A stretch of 63,981 nucleotides of DNA, the filler included, from Saprolegnia diclina VS20 (lineage: Eukaryota), in assembly GCF_000281045.1 (NCBI RefSeq). It is 6 parts of 3 records of this genome, joined end to end, with 100 filler letters (N's around TTAATTAATTAA, not from the genome) between each part and the next. Parts side by side here need not be neighbours in the genome. Positions count along the whole stretch, not along the records: positions 25,462 to 54,451 come from NW_008246137.1; positions 54,552 to 57,264 come from NW_008246137.1; positions 57,365 to 60,591 come from NW_008246138.1; positions 60,692 to 61,817 come from NW_008246138.1; positions 61,918 to 63,981 come from NW_008246139.1; 1 more part is not named here. One strand, written 5' to 3'. Below, piece after piece: positions 54,285-63,981 of the stretch (position 1 is the stretch's first letter; each line of letters opens with the position of its first letter). The notes below the pieces were generated by a model, which saw nothing but the letters and a program-made list of their open reading frames with translations, was not told the DNA's origin and searched no databases. The position numbers and the translations under genes are program-made.

Positions 54285-56809
54285 ACCGGGTGTTTCGTTT
54301 CTTGATCCACCTCTTGTAGACCACTTGCAAGATTAGTCTAGCGTTCGCGTCTGTAGACCATAACGGCAATGTGACACGAGCTGCTCATTGCCAATGTGCG
54401 CAGCGAGGTTCGAAGCGCCAACGAGTCAGGTCTGTCGTCTGATCGTGGCCANNNNNNNNNNNNNNNNNNNNNNNNNNNNNNNNNNNNNNNNNNNNTTAAT
54501 TAATTAANNNNNNNNNNNNNNNNNNNNNNNNNNNNNNNNNNNNNNNNNNNNTGTGCTACTCGGTGGTCGAGGGCGAATCGAGTTGTGAACCATCGAGACG
54601 ACGGGTGCTACGCATGTTGAAGTTGGCGCTTGTGCGGGCGCTTCAAGATGGCAATGTGGGCGTGTAGCCAATCAGATGCCACAATTTCACAGAGCCAGGC
54701 AGGCGACGTCTGCAAATGTGTCGCAGGCTAGCCCGGAATCACTTGGGTGCAGCATTGTTTCCTCGACATTGCTTGCGCCGCCTGTCGAGTCGAGTGGCCG
54801 AGCTGCCTGTCCACTACGAGCAGCGCAGGTCCCTCCACGCTTCTCCTTTTCAGCCAAGACGACCACTGGCATGTAGCAGTCGAAAGCATGCGGGAGATTG
54901 CTGTTGTACGGTCATTGCGTGATCATTTATAGGGGATTTGGGGCTGTGCTGCGACACGAGATAGGGCGCTGGTTGGAAGGTTCGACAATTTGAGGACCCG
55001 CTACGACGTTTGTGCATGCTAGCATGCAAAAGCGGGCCCGAGCAACTTCGACCTACACTTCGGAAGGTGTCATGTGACGGTCCAGGACGGGGATTGGTCG
55101 AGGGTCCATTTCATCAGTTTGCCAGCCGTTTGGAGGTCCAAGGCCGTCTGGCTGAAGGACCGAGGCCCAATTTCGATGACACTTGAGGTTTGTATGTCAA
55201 GAGCACGTGGCACTTGGTGCGATTACGGAAAACGAGTCATGTACACTGTACTGAGAGGCGTATGTGTCGCACCCGAAGTAGCATTTGAACTTCAATGGAT
55301 AGAAATGGATTTAGAGTACTGTAGAGACTGTGTCAATAGATACTCGGCGAATCCAGCAATTCGCGTTGAGAATCCACTGTGGTGGAGGTACACTGGGTGC
55401 AACAAAGAAGGATGTGGCCGCTCGAGGTTGCACCCGCAAGTCCATTTTAGTAATCGATCAATCAAAAATAATCAAAAAGCCACCAATTTGAGATTCGAGC
55501 CCGACGGGCCCGTCGACTAGACAGACGTCGGCGCCTGTCGCTGACGTCCCAACGCTGCCATTGATCCGCTGAGCCGCCGCGTCTTTGCTGCCGTCAACCA
55601 TGCCGACGCTGCATCACCAATCCGCTTGGTTCATGATACGCTGCCATAGGGGCGTGCCACGCAAGTAGCTTGGTTTCACTATGACATTGGCCACCCTTGG
55701 TCGTGATGGGTCGACAGATGACGCTTCTGGTAACGGTGCGACGGCAGCAGCTGTCGCGGCAAGTTGCCGTCTTGCGGCACAGGCGCAGGGAAGCGCCGCA
55801 CACGACGTCGACGTCGACATGGGCAAATTCAGCCGCGGCTTCGAGTCGCGTTCTCGGCCCACTTTTGGTGCTCGATGTTTCTCAAGGCTTCGCATTTCGC
55901 GCATGGCTCGTGACGGTTCCTATCGTACGAGGTGACGACTGTAGTACGGTGCAGAGGTGCCCGCAAGTTTCTGAAAAAATGTGTACAAATCAAGGGCACA
56001 TCGGCCTTCGCATCACATTTCTGTTTCGTGCGCGATCAGACTCGAAGCGAAGGACGATGCGCATTACTGGCCCATGCGCGTCGATGTCTTTGTGACCGCT
56101 AGAACCCCTTGGTTCTCAGTACCTATTTGAAGTTGGTTCTCGGCAGTGCTTGATATCTAACCCTAGCAAATCACGCTCGGAAATGTATTAGTATTTAGCT
56201 GCTACTGCTACATTGAAGTCGCGCGCGCGGCGGGACGGCGCTGCTTGGGTCACTGAGTAGGACCTGCACCCGTGCATGCGTTTCCGAAGACGTGTTCTCT
56301 TCGACGAGCGGTCACGGTAGCACGTGGATGCGTGATCCGTCGCTTGATGATTCTGCTAGTTCTAGCCAGTGAGGTTCGCTGCGTAGCAGCTCAACGATCG
56401 GCAGCGGTCCTGGAGAACTTGTTTCCTACTCCCTTTGATTTCTCATGATGGAACCGCTCCGTAGAGAAGAGCATTTCACCTTTCCGACACTTACATTGTG
56501 AATATTCTAGTGCTAGTAGTTGTTGAAGGAAGTCTATGTAGATATAATTTACACTGAACTGGTTTTTGGGGGTGGGCTTTCGACTCAAATCGTGTTGTGC
56601 TAGACGGCAGCAGCGGCGAGGCTTTGCCGGGTTGGGGGTTGGGCGTATGGATGGCGCAAGCCGGGACGAAGTGGTCACGAAGCTAGGCGTCGTGGCGCAG
56701 GGCGTTCATTTGGGAACGCCTCAACCACCCACTGGAAGCTCCACTGGAGCAAAGTTTTCGCCATGGATCAGCGCGTCAGGTGTCTTCAATGTAGGTGTAG
56801 GGTCGTTGG

Positions 56810-56842
56810 CGTTGACTCGACCCTGACGTTGACTCGACCCTG
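56810..56842. repeat. 17-bp tandem duplication
   Basis: CGTTGACTCGACCCTG(A) x2. Confidence 0.8.
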
Positions 56843-57610
56843 CAGAGTGCAGCAGTCAAGTGTGCTCGAGAGGGGTGCTGCAACGGTCGTGACGAACGTG
56901 GTAAGCGTCTTTTTCACCGTTACTTTTCGTGCAGTTGCGGCACGTCAACGTAAGCGACGGCGAAAATTCCATTGCAAATACAATGTACTCAATCCTTGCA
57001 AGTGTACTCTACTCTAGTGCCCAGCAAGCCACAGCCGCCGTCGCAGTCGGTTCGGCGCTTCTCCGGTTCTACAGTAGAACAATCGGGAGATCAACTCGAC
57101 TTCGTGATAAGCCAGCCATGTAGAATATGTGAAAGAGTTCGCCTCTCAGCACAAGCGGTATTGGTTTTGTCGAATTTCGTGATCCAAATCAACTTGTGGT
57201 CGGCATAGCGCGTTGTAACGGCAACATGTGTCTTTTGGCGTTTCGAAATGAAAAAGAGTGGGACNNNNNNNNNNNNNNNNNNNNNNNNNNNNNNNNNNNN
57301 NNNNNNNNTTAATTAATTAANNNNNNNNNNNNNNNNNNNNNNNNNNNNNNNNNNNNNNNNNNNNCCGGTCGCGATCTCGGCGGTCACGCGCTCCCAGTCG
57401 TCGTTGAGGTGCGTCGAGAGAGCTCCGCCGAGAAGGTCGGAATTTCGAGCAACAACGCCGCCAGAGCCGGACCCAATTCTCCACGGCCAGGAGGGATCTC
57501 GCAGTGAAATGTCAAATTTCGCCTTTGCAAAAACAGTCGAGCCACTCCTCACTTTCCACAAACCGGCTCAAATTCCCCAAATCGAAAAGTAAGAAGAAAT
57601 CTTGGTAGCA

Positions 57611-57882
57611 AAAGCACTCTATTGCCGTGATGAAGATTGGCAGCGTTACCAAGCGCATGGACCAAGGCATGAAAATGACATCAACGTACTCCTCATAAGT
57701 GACCCCAGAGTGGCCAAGAGGCAGCTCCTCCAGCACGTTGCGACCGTGAGCCCGAGACATCCACACGACGGGCAAGGGCAGTTGTGGCGTCGGTCTCACG
57801 GCACAAGGAGATGACGCTCGAAGGCGGCGCGCTTGTGCTGGCCGACATGGGCATTTGCACCATCGACGAGTTTGACGAGATC
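57611..57882 (+). pseudogene. MCM7: Decayed fragment of an MCM7-type replicative helicase AAA+ core
   Basis: Across frameshifts: KAL..IGSVTKRMDQGMK / DINVLLISDPRVAKRQLLQHVATVSPR / HTTGKGSCGVGLTA / KEMTLEGGALVLADMGICTIDEFD, matching the MCM Walker A (GDPGVAKSQLL) and IDEFDKM regions. Confidence 0.8.
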
Positions 57883-58091
57883 AACCCCTTCCCCAAGAAA
57901 ACCCGAGGTTTGGGGCAGGGTACGTTGAACTTCAATGCACATGATCCCGTCCACCGACGAGTCCAAACTACGTCACACGTAGTACACAATCCCTCCGCTA
58001 GATTGCACGCTACCCCAATGCAAAACCTCAACTAAAGAGCTCGACCAAAACCTGCCCCAAGAAAACACGAGGTTAACCCTAGTAAAATACG

Positions 58092-60591
58092 TTAATCGAA
58101 AAGCTGCCACATGAACTTCAATGCCCGCAGTTCGTCCAGATGGGACTCTGTCAAGTAAATTTGACTTTGCCGCAGCTGGTGCACGAGGCGTCCCAGCGGC
58201 ACGTTGTTCTCTTCCGATACGTACGTGAACGGGACGTTCGAGTGCTCGTGCTTGATAAAGAACCGGCGGAGTTCGCCGAGACAGCTGCGCCACGGAAACT
58301 CGTCGTCGATGGGCTGTGTCGGCATAAAGACATGGTGGTCACGAGGTGGGACCCACCCATTTGCGAGTCGGCGCCGAACGGACGCCGTCTCCGTATTGTT
58401 TTGGCGGCGGCGGCGGACGTTGGTGCGGATCGCCTGCGCCGGCATCGCACCGATGATGTCTTCTTCTTTGACGCCGTAGTCGATTCCGGCGTCGTCGTCT
58501 CCGTCGTTGTCGTCGTCGTCATCGGTGCTGCAGACATCGATGATTTCGTAGCTCTTGCGTTTGCTCGGCTTGCTGCGTTTGATGGCCGTCTTGTCGATCT
58601 GCTTGTCGTCGTCACGATCAAAGCCACCTTTCACGTCGGCGGGAGTACTGGACGAGGCGCCCCGAGCCGAGGCAGTCGCGTTTTGCACGGGAGCCACTGG
58701 CAATGCTTCCACGATGGACGCTGGCGGCTCCGGCGCGAATAGTAATGCAGCGTCGGTCGCGACGGCCACGGGCAAAGCGACCCACTCAAAGCCAAGTGCA
58801 TCAAGCTGAGCAACAATCACCGGCAAGACCTCGGCTGTTGTGAGGCGGCGCAACCCAAACACAATGTCACCGACATGTAGACCGTGTGTTGGCGCTGGCC
58901 AGGTGGCATTGGCATCGACTGTGAACGCACGAGGTACGTCCAAATGCCCGTTGAGCGCCTTGAACATAGCGAGCGCCTGGAACTTGATCGCCCACCGAGC
59001 TTGGCGGTCGAATTGCCGATCGTCGAGGGCCGACTGCAGATGCGTAAACGCTTGTCCGACCTCGAGCTCGAGCAAAAATGCGCCCACCGACAATGGTTGC
59101 AGTGCAACTGGACACGCTGGCGATACAAAGCCGAGAAGCGTCGAATCGCTCGGGCGTGGCGTCGCGTGGAGCCACAGATCCAGCGCAACGAGGTGGTCGC
59201 AGCGCTCGTTCGTGTCGGCGTCAACGTCGAGCGTGGGAGCTGCTTGTACTGCCGGCTGCTCGAGAGCGACGCTTGGCAGAGGGTCATCTGCTGGCAACGG
59301 TGACACGACTACTGGCAACGGCGCAGCGACGACTACTGGCAACGGCGCATCGACGACTTCGTTGGCGGCTAGTTGGACGACCGTGGTGGTGGTTGCCGAG
59401 GCAAGGATGGCTGGCGCCGCCGAGTTCTCGTCGCTTGACAATGTTGCAGCTTCTGGCGGCGGAGCGTCGGCTCCGATGGTATCACTCGTTGCGGCCGCAG
59501 AGATGGCGGGCGTCGCCGCGTTCACGCCCACCGATATTGACACAGCTTCTGGCATTGGAGCATCGGTTCCGATGGCATCGATTGCGGTGGTGGTCGCGGC
59601 CGGCAGCAAGTAGAGCTCTCTTGCCGAGACGAGCAACTTGACCCAATGGCCGAGGCGCATACCGTGCATGTCTTCCGGCCAACTGGCAGTTTGAGGTACA
59701 AGGAAGTCCTCTGGTACGTCCATCGAGCCATAGAGCGAGTGGTACATGTGTAGCCTGTCCACGATGTGCGCCCACGTCGCAGGCGTGTTAAACTCGAAGC
59801 CGATCGCCGCTAGCTGCTGCGACTTGTTCTTCTCAAGTTGCGTCATTCGCACGCCAAGCGACCACGCGAGCTCGCCCAGCGGTGCGCCACTCCACGGCGT
59901 CGACCACTCGATCGGCACCACAAAGTCCAGCGGTACGGTCGTCTTGCCATCGCAGGAGAGACGAAAGGCCAGCTGGACAAAGATGTCAAAGGGCGGAACG
60001 TCAGTGAAGAGACCCAAAGCTCGGACGGTTGTCTCGTCTTGCCCTCTGAGCTCAAACCAGTGATACCGCAGCGACGGAAGCACATACGAGAGCACAATGC
60101 CGCTGCTGCCAGTTGGCCAAGCGTAGTTGTTCAGAGGCACGGCAAAGTCCTCAGACATCGCAAGCACGTCGCCGACCAGACGTTGGTACTCGCGAAGCGC
60201 TGCGACCTGCGTAGCAATCGGGACCGTCTCGACAACAAGCGCACCGCGCGTCGTACGCTTGACGCAGCGCGACATGGCCACTGATCTCGGCCACGAGAAG
60301 CCAATGAGCTTGAGCTGCGCCTCGAGCATCGGGTCGAATGGCCGCGGCTGATAGCGAAGGCTTTGCACAAAAACGACGAGTCGGACACCGCGGAGCCGCG
60401 TCGGCCACGGCGAAGCGATCGGGTCTGGGTACTTCATGGGCACGTGGGCCGACCCGTGCAAATGCCGATAAAAACCAATCGCGCGCACCTTGTCGTGGAC
60501 CGACCTAGTGCGGTACGTCGCTGCTGGCGCAACGCGGAGTGTCGCGTCCACAGCGACACCCAGCGCGTCGACTCGGACGCCGAGAGCGCGG
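58092..60591 (-). CDS. Helicase-associated (HA) repeat protein, 5' end in gap
   Basis: About six repeats of Y/F...GH.DVP..F.VP...WP...G..LG.....L..LGF.W; the frame is open up to the gap; acidic and basic low-complexity segments precede the last repeat. Confidence 0.82.
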
Positions 60592-61917
60592 NNNNNNNNN
60601 NNNNNNNNNNNNNNNNNNNNNNNNNNNNNNNNNNNTTAATTAATTAANNNNNNNNNNNNNNNNNNNNNNNNNNNNNNNNNNNNNNNNNNNNACCGCGATT
60701 CGTCATGACGCGTGCAATGCTCGACCAGATACAAAGTGCTCTTGAATCGTTAACAAGCAAAGGACCGCATTGGCACGCCGTAGTCTTCGTCTTCTGCACT
60801 TGTGGCGACGATCTCCCCTTTCAGTGGATCAAGATTGTGATTCCCGGCAATACATATTCAAATTCAAAACTTCATGCCTCGATTTGAGCAATGTCGTTGA
60901 TAACTCATCGGGTTCGCGCGCGCGGCGTACCCACTCGCATATCACTGTACTCATGGACTTGGAGGCTTGGTCGACAACGGATGTTAGGAAGCGAACCCCA
61001 GGACGTTCGTGTCGACGCCGATTTGACGTTGTCAGCGATATACATGCAAAATATGCATTTTCGTGTCTCACATCTGAAGCGCGGCAACCCAAACATCAAT
61101 CTCTCACGCAGGTAGGGTTCTCGACGTGTTATCACGTAAACTGACTAACGCCGTCCGCTTCCGCCAAATCTGCCTCCATCAGCTCTGCCGTACTTCTAAC
61201 GTGTCCAGTGCACATCATGAAAACTATGTTGGCTCGGTTGCTCGAGCGCATCTATGGAGCTTGCCAACGCCATGGACAAACATGCCCATACCCTAAGCAA
61301 ATGCAACGCCTCAACGAGACCGAAAACGACCTGGCACGAGACGCAGCTTCAATGCATGCTATAGCTAAAACCTAATGTTTGCCAACTTGATTTCTCGATT
61401 CCAACGCGACGATCTTGATTCATAGGACAAGTGGATTGTCGCGTGGTGAAGTGCATCGTGGACTGCTTTTGAGCATCGACGCACACACATCCCTTCTTGT
61501 ACAATAGTATGAGCTCGATTACTCGATTGTGTATCGTTAGCAAATGGTAATCAAGGAGCGATCCAAGCGCGACAACGAGCATGCTCCAAACACGTTATCA
61601 CAAATCACCATGGCGATATGTAGCTGTATGCAAGCAATAATTGGTGACTAGTCGCCTTCATTTTATAGCTACAGTGCGTCGCACCAGTAGAAAGTGAACA
61701 TTGCGAATCTGACTGGAGTGATTCAGTTTGACGCGTCGTTCCCCTCAGTGGTACATGTACGTAACTATGACGTCACATCACAGGCTGTTTTTATGATGTA
61801 TCCACGCGGCGGTGTTANNNNNNNNNNNNNNNNNNNNNNNNNNNNNNNNNNNNNNNNNNNNTTAATTAATTAANNNNNNNNNNNNNNNNNNNNNNNNNNN
61901 NNNNNNNNNNNNNNNNN

Positions 61918-62475
61918 GTCCCAGAGCAGACGCAAGACGATCGCATTGTCCTTTGCGAGCACGTGGCGTGGTAGCCACGTGTCGAGGCTCTTGGGCCGCC
62001 GGCGATAGTAGCCATCTTCGTACTTGTAGGCTAGGATATTGTTCGAATGGGTTCGGAGCTCCAAGAGATGCGAGAGGATGTCGCAATGACCGTAGATCGC
62101 AGCCACCGCAAAGACGTCTTGAAATGCGAGGTCTTTGCGACAGCGTAAGATGCGCGTGCTGGCCTCGAGATCGCCTTCGGCAATCGCGAGGTGCAGCGGG
62201 AAGCGCTCGTCGCGCGTGTTGAGGTTGTTGAGCCAGAGCTCTTCGGTGCGCAGCCATTTTGGATCGGCTGTGTCGGGCTCTGCTCGCAGTGGCGTGTGGA
62301 AGGCCGGGTCCAGAACGTAGAGGCCGTTGTTCGCACCTTGCGTCGGGAGAAAGTCGACGAGGTGGTGAAAGGCCACAAAGCGGGACAGGACGTCTTCGTA
62401 GACGCCAAACTGAAACTCAAAAACCATCGACGCGATTTCACTCTGGCGCAGCACAACGTCGACAAAGGTTGCCAT
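61918..62475 (-). CDS. Ankyrin-family protein N-terminal part, truncated by gap
   Basis: MATFVDVVLRQSEIASMVFEFQFGVYEDV..RFPLHLAIAEGD..AAIYGHCDIL. Confidence 0.8.
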
Positions 62476-63612
62476 CGCCACGACTGCAAAGTCAGGCACG
62501 GTGCGACAGGAAAGGCGAATGCCAAATGGGCGTGAATAGTGTGAGCCACACATAAGATAGTGTTAATCGATATCCCAACACCGATTGAAAATTGAAATGC
62601 ATCATAACTCTGCTCAACATGCAAAAAGCGCGCCATTTTGAGTCCATTGAGCCATTTTATCCAGGGTGAATGTTGGTGGATTGTACAAAGGACAATCCTT
62701 TTCCAGCCTATCAGCCTATCACAAGCCATCCCCCTCGTCTGCTGGCCTTGCTTACACTCTGGTGGTCAAGGCTGGGAACTCGGCGCTGCATATACAGACT
62801 GTAGCAGCGGTTGCGGGTCATCATCGCCGGCGTGCGACGCCTTGTCTCGCTCTGCTGCAACCTTGATGCACGCAACGTGGACTGTAGCAAAGGCGGTTGA
62901 TCATTCTTCCGGCGCTACTCCTGTGTAGCTTCGTAGCGTCAGCGAACGCCACTGCTCGTGGCCACCACGCATGGTCACGCCGAGTGCACCATCGAGCTAA
63001 TGGAGGCCGGCACCTTGCCCGAAGCACCCCGCCACGTAGGTCTTCGTCTCGAATATAAGGATGGTACAGTTTGCATAGAGCCCGCTCTTTGAAGCGTGTC
63101 GGTGCGGCTTCTTGGACGTCTTGCCGCGGCTGGTGCAGCTTGTGTACGACTAGTAACGACTAGTATAGCTCGACTGTACAACTTNNNNNNNNNNNNNNNN
63201 NNNNNNNNNNNNNNNNNNNNNNNNNNNNNNNNNNNNNNNNNNNNNNNNNNNNNNNNNNNNNNNNNNNNNNNNNNNNNNNNNNNNNNNNNNNNNNNNNNNN
63301 NNNNNNNNNNNNNNNNNNNNNNNNNNNNNNNNNNNNNNNNNNNNNNNNNNNNNNNNNNNNNNNNNNNNNNNNNNNNNNNNNNNNNNNNNNNNNNNNNNNN
63401 NNNNNNNNNNNNNNNNNNNNNNNNNNNNNNNNNNNNNNNNNNNNNNNNNNNNNNNNNNNNNNNNNNNNNNNNNNNNNNNNNNNNNNNNNNNNNNNNNNNN
63501 NNNNNNNNNNNNNNNNNNNNNNNNNNNNNNNNNNNNNNNNNNNNNNNNNNNNNNNNNNNNNNNNNNNNNNNNNNNNNNNNNNNNNNNNNNNNNNNNNNNN
63601 NNNNNNNNNNNN

Positions 63613-63690
63613 GTAAATGCCAAACTGAAACTCAAAGATGACGGATGCGAGCTCGCGCTGGCGCAGCAGTACGTCGTGCAGCGTCGCCAT
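63613..63690 (-). CDS. Ankyrin-family paralog, first 26 codons then gap
   Basis: MATLHDVLLRQRELASVIFEFQFGIY, clearly homologous to the 62475 start. Confidence 0.65.
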
Positions 63691-63981
63691 CGAACGTGCT
63701 TGCTCAAATCGAAAATGCTATTTGCTCAAAGTCCGGCACACCAATGGATCACACTATTTCAATGTCGGCAGAGGTCCACGAGATCCCCAACAAATTAAAG
63801 AGGTGCTTGACGACACAGTGATATGAACTTGTCAAGGCATATCTATGTCGAGCAAGGGTTTGTCGATATAGCGACGCGTACAAAGCCCAGAGAAAGCAAC
63901 GAACAGGCAATACGAGCGTTGAAGCGCATCCAGCGATCACGAAATAGTCTGAGTCGGAATGATGGTTGATTGGCGACAATG

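Noticed and set aside
55496..55525. GC hairpin followed by CTAG as a Helitron 3' end
   Set aside because: The spacing is atypical, the next base is not T, and no 5' TC end or RepHel ORF is identifiable.
54552..57264. Short ORFs in this contig
   Set aside because: No coding bias or motifs supporting a gene.

Overview
Eukaryotic, GC-rich, intron-containing genomic DNA. It is most consistent with an oomycete of the Saprolegniales (Saprolegnia/Achlya-like), judging from the Inr+FPR core promoters and the gene families present. The window is a gappy draft scaffold with 100-N gaps plus N-TTAATTAATTAA-N linker joins. The first 25 kb is a duplication hotspot. It holds secreted papain-family (C1A) cysteine proteases (a head-to-head inverted pair, a split or duplicated copy and a pseudogene), splicing factor SF1/BBP, four BT1 folate-biopterin transporter genes or fragments, and three copies of a small basic helical protein ending in SLxxILN, placed divergently from BT1 genes or BT1 upstream DNA. 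The remainder holds two more C1A proteases, several ankyrin-repeat genes, fragments and a pseudogene, a receptor-like TKL kinase with an elicitin-like Cys-rich ectodomain, a 7-exon START-like/FYVE gene, a CAMK-like kinase, a 1806-aa internally duplicated multi-pass membrane protein, a helicase-associated (HA) repeat protein, a decayed MCM7 fragment, a tRNA-Val relic and several short repeats. The best candidates for undescribed biology are the repeated BT1/small-basic-protein module, the elicitin-like receptor kinase and the two-repeat membrane protein. All family assignments are from motif recognition only; no searches were run.
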